Assembly (NCBI GenBank): GCA_007376385.1
Contig: VMGC01000002.1
Span: 32,001 to 96,000, forward strand
DNA from: Parcubacteria group bacterium Gr01-1014_8
GTDB lineage: Bacteria > Patescibacteriota > Minisyncoccia > Phycocordibacterales > UBA2100
DNA length: 64,000 nt
Direction of reading: 5' to 3'
In this document: positions 17,503 to 26,651 of the stretch, in pieces
How positions within the stretch are numbered: the stretch's first letter is position 1
How the letters are laid out: the number at the start of each line of letters is the position of its first letter
Program-made: the position numbers and the translations under genes
The notes under the pieces: model-generated
What the model saw: the letters and a program-made list of their open reading frames with translations, nothing else
The model's database searches: none
What the model was told of the DNA's origin: nothing

Positions 17503-18690
17503 ATGTCCGAAGCATTAAGAAGAAATGAGAATCTTGTTGACGAAGAGGCTCCGGAAGTGACGGAATATGAAAGACTGGTTGAAATGCTAAGACACGGAGA
17601 CGCGCAACAGCAATCTGAAACCGTCCCAACAGCTGAAGTCAGCCGGAGATCTGTGTTGCGTGGAGGGGCGGCATTGGCGGCAGTAGCCACGGCTCCGATT
17701 CTCGACCTTGTAATATCAGCTACCACTTCTCCTGCCGAAGCCGCAGAAAAGAAAAAAGAAGTTTATGATGCTGCGCGCAAATTGCTTGCAACCACAAGAA
17801 TCCACAATGGTGTACACATGGTTAACGTGTTCCACAATGGTGCGATAGTGCCTTTGGGTGAACTAAACACACAGGCTCCACTACGGGAGCAGCAGGATGA
17901 GATTGAAGATGACAGAATAGATCAAGTATTTGAAGAGTTGGGTTTCAGCGATGCCGTAGCCTTTGCGGAACGCTATAATGCAGATTTTCCACATCGCGCA
18001 GCAAATGACAAGACACGACTTGTCGAAGACGCGAACTTTGTCGCAAGAATGCGCGCTGCGAATGTAGATATTCCAATCCGTAATCCTCAATTCATTAACA
18101 TTCGCTTGGCAGTAATGATCTGGCTCGCGAGTGAACGTTTGACGCAAGATCATTCCAAAACGTTCATGTTGGGAGGAAAAACCTTTAACACGCCTGAAGC
18201 ATTAAAAGTCTTGCCAGGGCTGAAAGGAAATGGCCTTGCGCGTCTTTTGCTTGACCACGAATTGACTCCTCACTTGGAATTGATGATGGAGCTCGCGAAA
18301 AAGAATCTCCGAATCCCAGATTTAACGCGCCCTTCTGTTCCCGCGGTCGCTCAATTTATACGAGCTGTTGCAGGTGTCACCGCAGGAGGACAAATACCGG
18401 AAGGCATTTTTAGTCAGATGACCAGTATTTATCATCGGATGAGTCCCGATTTACACGGAAAAGGAACGGGAAGCGGCCCATCTTTTATTTACGGTCAATT
18501 CATCGCATCCCCCGTTGGAAAGCAATACAATGCTTTTCTCGATTTACTAAATGGTACGAAATTACCTCGTAATCAATGGGGCGATACGGAGGTTACAAAT
18601 TCAGATTTCGCGAGAGCACTTGAGAAGTTGCCGGCGGATGATCCAAATTTCGTCACCATCAACAAATATCTTCCGTGGTGGGGAAATTAA
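17503..18690 (+). CDS. Hypothetical secreted protein with a twin-arginine-like signal (SRRSVLRGGAALAAVATAP)
   Basis: RR motif followed by a hydrophobic h-region about 45 aa into the ORF; the true start may be the internal MLRHG. Confidence 0.5.
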   Translation: MSEALRRNENLVDEEAPEVTEYERLVEMLRHGDAQQQSETVPTAEVSRRSVLRGGAALAAVATAPILDLVISATTSPAEAAEKKKEVYDAARKLLATTRIHNGVHMVNVFHNGAIVPLGELNTQAPLREQQDEIEDDRIDQVFEELGFSDAVAFAERYNADFPHRAANDKTRLVEDANFVARMRAANVDIPIRNPQFINIRLAVMIWLASERLTQDHSKTFMLGGKTFNTPEALKVLPGLKGNGLARLLLDHELTPHLELMMELAKKNLRIPDLTRPSVPAVAQFIRAVAGVTAGGQIPEGIFSQMTSIYHRMSPDLHGKGTGSGPSFIYGQFIASPVGKQYNAFLDLLNGTKLPRNQWGDTEVTNSDFARALEKLPADDPNFVTINKYLPWWGN

Positions 18691-18725
18691 GGGCAATAGC
18701 AGATTAGATAATTCTGTACGATGCA

Positions 18726-18785
18726 CCTCGCCCTTTTCCATTTTTCTACTCGTGGTTTGTTGAGAGTGGAGGGAAAGGGGCGAGG
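18726..18785 (+). other. Long imperfect hairpin CCTCGCCCTTTTCC-N32-GGAAAGGGGCGAGG downstream of the 17503..18690 gene
   Basis: 14-bp complementary arms seen in sequence; no T-tract follows. Confidence 0.35.
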
Positions 18786-18809
18786 CGTAATATATGTTCT
18801 AGCCGGCAA

Positions 18810-19991
18810 ATGCATACAGTAGGAGTTTTATTTCGGATTTGCGATACAATCATTTCTATGAGTAAACTCGACCAGCCAGGCATGAGTCCTGATTTTAATT
18901 CCGACAATTATCTTGCCCGACTCGGCTTGGAGGCTGGCGCAAACAAAAATGATATCCAACAGGCGTTTCGCAGACTCATGAAGGCAAACCATCCTGACTT
19001 ACATCCTGAAGAGCGCGATAAGTTTGTGGAGATAAGTAAATCATTGGGCGAAGCGTACGATGGTCTGAAGAATGGAGTTACTCAAAAACCAAGCGGGCCG
19101 AACATTGCTGCAAGTGGTGTAGGAAACCCATTTGACTCGCCAGAATTCAGGGCAGCTGCTGCTGCGGAGATGCAAATGGAGCAGGCTTGGTATGACGCGG
19201 TTCAATCTCAATACGATGCAGCATACAAAGAGCTGAAACCGCAAGTTGATCTCGTACAAGACGAGTTATGGAAGAAATACGGCATAATAATTTCTACCGT
19301 CCCGCGGAAAGGCGAGAAATATGAAAATCCGAACATACAAGACGTTCTTCGATTGCTGAAAGATGTTGTTGAAAAGGTCGAAAATCTCCATCCGGATGAG
19401 CGTGCGCTTTTGCGAGGTTCTATAATCACGATAGAGACAGAAGAGCATACAAGTCCGTTCAAGTTTAGTACGAATGGCCGTTTTTACAGCGTGTCGAACC
19501 AGGTATATATGTGGGCAAATATTCCTGGCTTTCCATTTTCGGATACCCCATCCTTCGAAATTGCGCAAGACGCAAAACGTCTAAAATGGGCGTCCGGATT
19601 TACGGCGGCGAGTGGAACTTCAAAAATTGACGCGCAGATGATCCGATTGAGCATAACAGGCAAGCGGGAACCGGAGAAAGTAAGCCCGGATCCTTGGATC
19701 AGATTGTTGTCTGCGTTTGCGAGAGATTCCGGGGTTGCTGTCGCGTATGCCCGGGGCGAAAGGTCTCGAGATATTGCCCTGCAAGCAGTTGCAGACCTCC
19801 TATATTTGAAAGAACAGTGCATTGACCTGGGAGTTGATCTCAAGAGTCGCAATTTCAAAATCGAAGGCAAATTTGATACTGAGAAAAAATATTACGTGTA
19901 TACGCTGTTTATAGATGGTCGCAAAGGATACCATCCTGAAGATATGGTCGGAACCGTGTTGCGAATAAAAGATTTAATACGAAATCACTGA
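18810..19991 (+). CDS. J-domain (DnaJ-like) protein with a large unknown C-terminal domain
   Basis: YLARLGLEAGANKNDIQQAFRRLMKANHPDLHPE with the HPD motif; the start could instead be the MSKLD at 18858. Confidence 0.65.
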   Translation: MHTVGVLFRICDTIISMSKLDQPGMSPDFNSDNYLARLGLEAGANKNDIQQAFRRLMKANHPDLHPEERDKFVEISKSLGEAYDGLKNGVTQKPSGPNIAASGVGNPFDSPEFRAAAAAEMQMEQAWYDAVQSQYDAAYKELKPQVDLVQDELWKKYGIIISTVPRKGEKYENPNIQDVLRLLKDVVEKVENLHPDERALLRGSIITIETEEHTSPFKFSTNGRFYSVSNQVYMWANIPGFPFSDTPSFEIAQDAKRLKWASGFTAASGTSKIDAQMIRLSITGKREPEKVSPDPWIRLLSAFARDSGVAVAYARGERSRDIALQAVADLLYLKEQCIDLGVDLKSRNFKIEGKFDTEKKYYVYTLFIDGRKGYHPEDMVGTVLRIKDLIRNH

Positions 19992-20103
19992 AACGAACAG
20001 TATATCTTCAGAACATCGCTCCTGCCGGAAAGGCAGAACCCCGAACGCTAGCTTCGCCGCTCGAAAAGAGTTCGGACAAAGGATATAATTTCACCGCACG
20101 AAA

Positions 20104-20140
20104 GAAAACTGCGTCCCATGGGACGTTTTTTCTTTCAGAG
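20104..20140 (+). terminator. Rho-independent terminator CGTCCCATGGGACG followed by TTTTTTCTTTC
   Basis: Palindromic stem plus T-tract downstream of the J-domain gene. Confidence 0.6.
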
Positions 20141-20230
20141 GAAGGGATCCGAAAGGCGGAGCGAGGAGTGAAGCGACGAGTGAGTCTAGTGCCGAACCGT
20201 GTCTGTAAATGACCTGGTACACTGTTCGCA

Positions 20231-20356
20231 TGTTTGAGGTGGCCGACCTGTTTGGATATGCTGGAACCCTTACCGGGATATCGTTCATGATTCCCCAGGT
20301 ATATCACACGTACAAAACAAAAAGTGTTGAAGACATATCATGGACGCATATGTGAC
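20231..20356 (+). pseudogene. PQ-loop/SemiSWEET-like N-terminal fragment (…GISFMIPQVYHTYKTKSVEDISW…) truncated by a stop after about 41 aa
   Basis: PQ(V)xxxxKxKSxxxIS signature; the frame ends at a TGA that overlaps the next fragment. Confidence 0.45.
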
Positions 20357-20543
20357 GCCTACGTTCCGAGGCAGGGGGATTTTTACGTCATTACATTCCA
20401 GGGCAGAGGAGTATCTTCTCCGTGCCGAGCCCATAAAGCTCATTAGGATCACTGTTCTGTCAAACAATGCAGAGGCTGTGCATGCTTACAAAAAGGCTGG
20501 ATATGAGCCAGAAGAGCTCATCATGGTAAAAAAAGTGGTGTAG
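20340..20543 (+). pseudogene. GNAT acetyltransferase C-terminal fragment (RGRGIFTSL...YKKAGY)
   Basis: 67-aa ORF with GNAT motif A/B only; no N-terminal half in frame. Confidence 0.45.
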
Positions 20544-20633
20544 GCGGCTATCCAAGGGGGGTTGCACACAAAAGGCATAAGGGATGGTACTATAAGGGCA
20601 TAGCAAACAATTAATCAGATAACTAATTCACGT

Positions 20634-20885
20634 ATGGCGAAATCGAATTCAGCATTTATGAAGCCGAAACAGTTGAGTCCAGAGTTGGAAGCTGTGGTTG
20701 GAAAAGGACCAATGCCTCAATCCGAGGTTGTTAAGCAGATGTGGGTATACATCAAGAAGCACGATCTCCAGAACCCAAAGAATAAGAGGAACATCTTGGC
20801 AGACGACAAGCTTAAGGCGATCTTCGGAAAGAACGAAGTCACGATGTTCGAGATGAGCGGGCTCGTCTTCAAACACCTCTCTTAG
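20634..20885 (+). CDS. SWIB/MDM2 domain protein, 83 aa
   Basis: PELEAVVGKGPMPQSEVVKQMWVYIKKHDLQNPKNKRNILADDKLKAIFGK matches the bacterial SWIB signature. Confidence 0.8.
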   Translation: MAKSNSAFMKPKQLSPELEAVVGKGPMPQSEVVKQMWVYIKKHDLQNPKNKRNILADDKLKAIFGKNEVTMFEMSGLVFKHLS

Positions 20886-20933
20886 AAGTCAGTTTTGAAA
20901 AAATGAAAGACACGCTATCATAGCGCCTCAGCT

Positions 20934-22226
20934 ATGAATGCTCTTCTGCGTTACCACAATGCGCTAGCCTATATTGAGGGGCTTGCAAATCTGCCGCACT
21001 CGGACGACTACATGTCGGGTCGTACAAAGCCGGCACTATTCTTAAAAAGAACGCGCGCCTTTCTGGACGCGCTTGGCCGCCCTGAGAAGGGCTTCAAGTA
21101 TGTCCACATCAGCGGTACCGCAGGAAAGGGAACTGTGACGACCATGATCCATGACGCGCTACATGCATCAGGGAAGCGCGTGGGTTCGTTCACGTCGCCG
21201 TACGTTACCGCGGCAATAGAAAAAATACGAGTAGGCCTGCCGGGAGAGGGGAACACATATATCTCTCCTGATGAATTTGCCGATATCGTCGATGAATTGA
21301 AACCACACATTGATTCTGCGCACTTTCGCGGTGCCTATGGGCGCCCTTCATATTTCGAGATCTACTTGGGGATGGCCCTCGTCAACTTCAGACAGAAAAA
21401 ATGCGAGTGGGTTATTCTGGAAGTTGGTGCGGGAGGTACGTATGACGCAACAAATATAATTGAGAAACCAGAGGTTACCGCCATCACCAGCATTGATTAT
21501 GACCACGTACAGATATTGGGGAAAACACTCCGCAGCATTGCCGATAACAAAGCGGGGATCATAAAAAAGGGTTCCACGTTCTTCACGTCAGAAAAAAGAC
21601 CCGGTATCGTAAACATGTTCAAAAGAACATGCGACCGCGTTAATGCCGATCTTACATACATCGCTCCCGAAACGGATCATCAGGAAACGAATAAAAAATT
21701 GGCCCAAGCAATATGTGATCATATCGGTCTCAAATCTCACATTTCAAAGAAAGCCATCGATAGCTCGATGCTCCCGTGCAGATTTGAGGTTATCGGGAAA
21801 CGTCCTCGGATCGTGCTTGATGGCGCACACAATCGGGCGAAAATGCAAAGTACTGCGGCAAACATACAAAAACTCCCATTTTCGCGATTGCATCTGGTAT
21901 TTGCAGCCGGCGCAATAAAAGATACGACCGCACTGTTTCAAGTGATAGCGCCTTTTGCGGACTCGGTGTATCTGACCAGATTTCAACACGCCATGGTGCC
22001 TTGTGCGGATCCAAAGATCCTGGCAAAAGACATCAAAAAATATCTCAAGCGCAGTGCATCAGTAACAATGCACCTGGATCTTAATGATGCCTTTGATGCC
22101 GCGCTTCGGGCTGCGGGTGCAGATGACATCATTCTTGTAACCGGTTCTTTTTATTTGAGCGGAGAGTTACGCAAGCGCTGGTATCCAGAGACGTGGGTCC
22201 TGTCGCATCGAAAAAGTTTTCGTTAA
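20934..22226 (+). CDS. folC: Mur-ligase family protein (FolC-like folylpolyglutamate/dihydrofolate synthase)
   Basis: ISGTAGKGTV (ATP-binding loop), VILEVGAGGTYDATN and the Mur-ligase C-terminal domain. Confidence 0.7.
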   Translation: MNALLRYHNALAYIEGLANLPHSDDYMSGRTKPALFLKRTRAFLDALGRPEKGFKYVHISGTAGKGTVTTMIHDALHASGKRVGSFTSPYVTAAIEKIRVGLPGEGNTYISPDEFADIVDELKPHIDSAHFRGAYGRPSYFEIYLGMALVNFRQKKCEWVILEVGAGGTYDATNIIEKPEVTAITSIDYDHVQILGKTLRSIADNKAGIIKKGSTFFTSEKRPGIVNMFKRTCDRVNADLTYIAPETDHQETNKKLAQAICDHIGLKSHISKKAIDSSMLPCRFEVIGKRPRIVLDGAHNRAKMQSTAANIQKLPFSRLHLVFAAGAIKDTTALFQVIAPFADSVYLTRFQHAMVPCADPKILAKDIKKYLKRSASVTMHLDLNDAFDAALRAAGADDIILVTGSFYLSGELRKRWYPETWVLSHRKSFR

Positions 22227-22288
22227 TTTGGTAGACTTATCGCCATGCACATCAGCGCGAATAGCAGGAGGGCATAGTCACTTCGGAC

Positions 22289-22870
22289 ATGTTCTTTGAT
22301 CACTATGTTGCAGTTGGGATCGTAGCTACGACAATTGGCCTCATAAGCTACATACCGTACTTTCGAGATATTTTTCGTGGTACAACGAAGCCTCATCCCT
22401 TCTCGTGGTTTGCGTGGGGGACAATTACCGCAGTCGCATTTGCAGCGCAGATCGTTAAAGGCGGCGGAGCAGGAACATGGGCGACAGGCATCACTGTCGT
22501 TGCGTGTTATGGAATTGCGGCGCTCGCTCTTGTCAAAGGAGAGAAGACCATCTCAACGTTAGATTGGTTCTGTTTTGCAGGCGCTCTCTTTGGCATAGCG
22601 CTCTGGATAGCAACGTCAAACCCGCTTGCTGCGGTCGTTATTGTTTGCATTGTTGATCTTATAGCGTTCGTTCCGACGTTTGCAAAAGCATACCGCAAGC
22701 CTGATGAAGAAACCGTCAGCACATATTCACTTGGCGTTGCAAAATGGATCCTCAGCATTCTTGCGCTTCGCTCGGTTAATCTCACAACAGCGCTGTTTCC
22801 CGTCGTTGTTACCGTGCTCAATGCGGTCTTTGTAGTGATGGTTCTATTGAAGCGCAGACGCGCAGCCTAA
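22289..22870 (+). CDS. Hypothetical six-TM membrane protein, possibly a degenerate PQ-loop repeat
   Basis: IPYFRDIFRGTTKP and VPTFAKAYRKPDEETVS at equivalent positions in two 3-TM halves. Confidence 0.45.
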   Translation: MFFDHYVAVGIVATTIGLISYIPYFRDIFRGTTKPHPFSWFAWGTITAVAFAAQIVKGGGAGTWATGITVVACYGIAALALVKGEKTISTLDWFCFAGALFGIALWIATSNPLAAVVIVCIVDLIAFVPTFAKAYRKPDEETVSTYSLGVAKWILSILALRSVNLTTALFPVVVTVLNAVFVVMVLLKRRRAA

Positions 22871-22871
22871 A

Positions 22872-23747
22872 ATGGCCGAAGTCGCATGGCAAAATATACG
22901 AAGTCCTGTTACGATACCAACCATGGAGCGCCATTTCGGGAATCTTCTCGAGGCCCAATGGGACAAGGGCCATTTTTTGTGCGTGGGACTGGATCCGGAT
23001 ATTGAAAAAATTCCTACGACAGAAAAAAAGGCGAGTATTCGCGAGACCATCGCAAGCTTTAATCGCGCCATCGTTGATGCTACAAAAGATATTGTATGCG
23101 CATACAAACCCAACCAAGCGTTTTACGAAGCACAAGGTACCGAAGGCTGGGAAGCGCTCAAAGATACGGTCAGTTACATCAGAGAAGTTGCCTCGAATGT
23201 TCCGATTATTTTGGATGCGAAACGCGGAGATATTGGGAACACCAACAACGGGTACGAACGCATGGCGTTTGATTTTTTCGGCGTGGACGCTATCACCGTG
23301 CATGCGTATCAGGGATGTGAGGCGCTTGAACCTTTTTTTGCGAGGAAAGACAAAGGCGTATTCATACTGGCGCGAACGTCTAATCCCGGGGCGGGCGAAT
23401 TTCAAGACCTTGAAGTGGAAGGTGAGCCGCTCTACAAGATAATCGCACGAGCTGCTGTCAGATGGAATACAAATGCAAACGTGGGCGTTGTCGTCGGTAC
23501 GACATATCCAAAGGAACTGGCCCTCGTCCGAGCAGTTGTCGGAGAAATGCCGATATTGATGCCCGGAACGGGAGCACAGGGAGGCGACTTAGAAGCATCT
23601 GTTCGCTTAGGAAAAAATAAAGTTGGAAAGGGGATCATCATCAACGCATCGCGGGCGATACTGTACGTTTCCAAAAATGCGGATTTTGCGCGTCTGGCAA
23701 GAAGCAAAGCAGAAGAACTTCATAGCGCAATTCAAAAGGCACTGTAA
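22872..23747 (+). CDS. pyrF: Orotidine 5-prime-phosphate decarboxylase, long (type 2) form
   Basis: LCVGLDP, DAKRGDIGNT and the C-terminal GxGxQGG region. Confidence 0.85.
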   Translation: MAEVAWQNIRSPVTIPTMERHFGNLLEAQWDKGHFLCVGLDPDIEKIPTTEKKASIRETIASFNRAIVDATKDIVCAYKPNQAFYEAQGTEGWEALKDTVSYIREVASNVPIILDAKRGDIGNTNNGYERMAFDFFGVDAITVHAYQGCEALEPFFARKDKGVFILARTSNPGAGEFQDLEVEGEPLYKIIARAAVRWNTNANVGVVVGTTYPKELALVRAVVGEMPILMPGTGAQGGDLEASVRLGKNKVGKGIIINASRAILYVSKNADFARLARSKAEELHSAIQKAL

Positions 23748-23854
23748 TATGACCCCGTAACGAAATGTGCCTTAGGCTTGAACATCATATGAAAACAAAT
23801 CACCAAAACGGACAAATCAACAAAGTCGAACTTTATCTGTCGAGGATAGCAAGC

Positions 23855-24075
23855 GAAATGCGAAAGCGCAGGTTTCGCATTTCCGAGCGACACAGACAGC
23901 AAAGGTTTAAAACCCCGCGGCTTGCCTGCCTGTGCGATGCACGCAGACAGGCCGCGGAATTTGGGAAACGAGCAGCGCTCGTTTTCCAGAGTCCAGGGCT
24001 TGCCCTGGGGGTTGAAACCTTTCATCCGACCACGCCGCGGCAGCCGGCAGGCGTCTGCCGCAAAGGCACATTTTC
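23855..24075 (+). repeat. Structured intergenic element, copy B of the hairpin/CCGAGC-box family (GAAATGCGAAA..TTTCGCATTTC hairpin, CCGAGCGACACAGACAGCAAAGGTTTAAAACCCCGCGGCTTGCC core, internal palindromes, then GGGTTGAAACCTTTCAT)
   Basis: 50-nt core differs from copy C at 31361-31412 by one mismatch; lies between pyrF and pyrE. Confidence 0.6.
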
Positions 24076-24084
24076 TAACGGAGT

Positions 24085-24726
24085 ATGACGAGCACGATGA
24101 CAGAAGCTGATGTACTGGATCTCTTAGAGCGTGTTGGTGCCTTCCGAAAAGGGCATTTTGTGCTTACTTCCGGAAGACACGGTGATACGTATATAAACAA
24201 AGACGCCATATATCCTTACACCCGCGAAACATCTGCGCTGTGTAGGGCGATGGCAGAAAAATTCAAAGACCTCAATATAGAGGTTGTCGTAGGTCCGGCG
24301 GTCGGTGCGGCCATTCTTTCTCAATGGGTCGCCTACCATTTGTCCGAGATGAACGGCCACGATGTACTGGGCATCTATGCGGATAAGGATGGCCAGGGCG
24401 GATTTATCTTGAAACGAGGCTTTGACAAACTGGCGGAAGGGAAACGAGTGATCGTTGTTGAAGATCTGATGACGACAGGCGGCTCGGTAAAAAAGGTCAT
24501 TGATGTCGTCCGTCAAAAAGGAGCAGAGGTCGTCGGAGTCGGGGTTGTGTGCAATCGAGGCAATGTGCTCCCCGAAGATATCGGGGATCCGCCGAAGTTG
24601 ATATCGCTTGTTGATGTGCAGCTCGATTCGTGGGAGGCAGCGGATTGCGCCTTGTGCGAGAGAAAAATACCCGTAAATCCAGACATCGGTCATGGAAGAG
24701 AATTTCTAGCTACGCATGGAATATAA
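24085..24726 (+). CDS. pyrE: Orotate phosphoribosyltransferase
   Basis: FVLTSGRHGDTYINKD and the PRPP-binding VIVVEDLMTTGGS. Confidence 0.85.
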   Translation: MTSTMTEADVLDLLERVGAFRKGHFVLTSGRHGDTYINKDAIYPYTRETSALCRAMAEKFKDLNIEVVVGPAVGAAILSQWVAYHLSEMNGHDVLGIYADKDGQGGFILKRGFDKLAEGKRVIVVEDLMTTGGSVKKVIDVVRQKGAEVVGVGVVCNRGNVLPEDIGDPPKLISLVDVQLDSWEAADCALCERKIPVNPDIGHGREFLATHGI

Positions 24727-25792
24727 AGTGCTAAGGCGGCGTACATGCGCCACATGTGCAAGTCTCGCTTTTTTATTATTACCTGTTGCCGCCGCAGCGC
24801 ACGAAGTATACGTCCTGACGCCTGAAGAGATCACGGCAGCGATGGCAGGGGAGCGCTCCTCTCACGTAGCGACCATCGCAGAACACCTCGGTCAATTCAT
24901 GTTCTGGGGTCTTGTTACGTCCATCGTTGTGACCACCGTATTTTTCATGTCCATTTCGCATTGGCTTGAGAATCTCAGCGCGCCATTCTTCCGACGGATC
25001 AAAAGCTACGCGCCGTACGTGTTGCAAGTCGGGTTGGGAGTCAGCCTCCTCTGCACAGCATGGTACGGAGCATTCATGGGGCCGGAGCTGCCCTTCAACG
25101 CAATTTTTGGTTCTGTCGCGTGGCTTGCGAGGGTGATACTCGTACTGTGCGGGGCGAGCATCCTCCTTGGTTACAACGCGCGTTCGGCGGCAATAGCCGC
25201 ACTTCTTCTTTTCCTGCCGGTTGCGGCGAAACACGGAACGTACCTGCTTACATACACTGAATACATCGGCGCGCTCCTATTTGTTGCGATAGGGGGCGGT
25301 GGGTATGCAACACGCATGCCTGTGCGACGCACGCAGACAGGCGAGGCGCGCCTTGCAGCGAGGCTTGAGTCGTGGATGCGAGTGCTTCTGCAATACCGAT
25401 ACGCTATCCTTCGTATGTCATTCGGGTTTGCCGTTATGTTCGCCGCGGTCTACGCAAAAATAGTACACAACTCGCTCGCACTGGCGGTTGTTGATACATA
25501 TGATCTCACAAGCTATGCGCTATTCTCCGCCTTCGAGCCGAACTTTCTTGTTCTCGGAGCGGCACTGATAGAATTTTTGGCCGGCCTCCTCTTATTCTTA
25601 GGCATAGAGATACGACACACGGTTGTGTTTCTGGCGTTCTGGCTGACGCTCTCACTTTTATTCTTTGGCGAGGCTGTGTGGCCGCATATCATACTCTTCG
25701 CGATAGCTGGAACGCTCTTTCTCTACGGATACGACGCGTACTCGCTTGAAGGACGATTCTTCAAGAAGGGGGGCAGGGAGCCTGTTTTGTGA
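24716..25792 (+). CDS. Hypothetical polytopic membrane protein with an N-terminal signal peptide
   Basis: Roughly 8 TM helices; overlaps the pyrE stop by 11 nt. Confidence 0.5.
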   Translation: MEYKVLRRRTCATCASLAFLLLPVAAAAHEVYVLTPEEITAAMAGERSSHVATIAEHLGQFMFWGLVTSIVVTTVFFMSISHWLENLSAPFFRRIKSYAPYVLQVGLGVSLLCTAWYGAFMGPELPFNAIFGSVAWLARVILVLCGASILLGYNARSAAIAALLLFLPVAAKHGTYLLTYTEYIGALLFVAIGGGGYATRMPVRRTQTGEARLAARLESWMRVLLQYRYAILRMSFGFAVMFAAVYAKIVHNSLALAVVDTYDLTSYALFSAFEPNFLVLGAALIEFLAGLLLFLGIEIRHTVVFLAFWLTLSLLFFGEAVWPHIILFAIAGTLFLYGYDAYSLEGRFFKKGGREPVL

Positions 25793-25912
25793 TAAAGGTT
25801 CCTCATTGAACCTATGTTGACTCCTCGCTCCGAAGTGAACATGCGTACATGCCCGCTTCCCTCGCAACGCTCGTCAATGAAAGGGTCTTCTTGTCTAGAG
25901 CGAGGGAGTGAT

Positions 25913-26020
25913 ATACCCCGTGAGATATGTATAAAAAAGGCATCTTAACTAGCTGATTATTCATTTGAATTTATAGATTGTGATGAGAAATTTGGAGTGT
26001 ACCTATCTCATGGGGTATAC
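25913..26020 (+). promoter_or_regulatory. Inverted box pair ATACCCCGTGAGATA ... TATCTCATGGGGTATAC around a 76-nt spacer, about 25 nt upstream of the 26045 start
   Basis: Family member; arms pair G:U as RNA. Confidence 0.55.
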
Positions 26021-26044
26021 TTCTCACGACAGGCGCTTGTAACC

Positions 26045-26503
26045 ATGAAGTCGATAATTTCGATCGTAGCAGTGTTGCTGATGGCAGGAGTCGCGTACAT
26101 TATATGGCCGCAGTTCGCGAATGCACCGCAAATAGATGATCCTAGCGCGACAGAACGGGTCTCGGAACAGAAGAATGTACCGGTGGATGAGCAATTTGCA
26201 ACACTTATTACGTACACAGATGGGGGGTATAGCCCGCAAACGGTTTCAATAAAAAAAGGTCAGACAGTCAGGTTCGTTAATAACGCAGAACGCCAGGATA
26301 CATGGCCTGCGTCCGCCATACATCCCACCCATTCGATCTATCCGCAAAAAACGGACAGCGATTGTCTAGGGAGTTCATTCGATCCATGCCACGGATTAAA
26401 GCCGGGAGAGTTCTGGGAGTTTACGTTCAATGAAGTCGGGGAGTGGGGTTTCCATGACCACTTGCATCCGTCGAAGTTCGGGAAGATCCTCGTTACTGAA
26501 TAG
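26045..26503 (+). CDS. Secreted cupredoxin-like small protein (possible copper-binding beta-sandwich)
   Basis: Signal/anchor MKSIISIVAVLLMAGVAYI, then beta-rich region with His/Cys/His/Met-type ligand candidates (HPTHSIYP, CHGLKPGEFWEF, HDHLHP). Confidence 0.4.
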   Translation: MKSIISIVAVLLMAGVAYIIWPQFANAPQIDDPSATERVSEQKNVPVDEQFATLITYTDGGYSPQTVSIKKGQTVRFVNNAERQDTWPASAIHPTHSIYPQKTDSDCLGSSFDPCHGLKPGEFWEFTFNEVGEWGFHDHLHPSKFGKILVTE

Positions 26504-26510
26504 AGAGAGA

Positions 26511-26626
26511 TACTCGGCGGGGGTATGTGTTTTTCCGGGCACCGATCTTTCTTGGAAGAAAGATCCTCGAGTCCTCGGTCGTCACCTGCGGGGTCCCTGC
26601 GAAACACATACCCCCGTGCTCGCCGG
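26511..26626 (+). repeat. Conserved structured element downstream of a gene, copy 2 of 3 (outer stem GGGGGTATGTGTTT/AAACACATACCCCC, CCGGGCAC, inner hairpin GATCTTTCTT/AAGAAAGATC, CTGCGGGGTCCC)
   Basis: See the copies at 2067-2149 and 57700-57783; sits between convergent genes. Confidence 0.7.
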
Positions 26627-26651
26627 AAGCTAGAATGCAAAGATCGAATAC

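Noticed and set aside
20231-20356. TGA read as Gly (genetic code 25), which would extend the PQ-loop fragment
   Set aside because: Many well-conserved genes here (pyrF, tsaC, the pilin-like genes, the solute-binding gene) terminate with TGA at the expected position, so TGA is a stop in this genome.
22818-23405. 195-aa ORF on the minus strand
   Set aside because: Antisense to pyrF.
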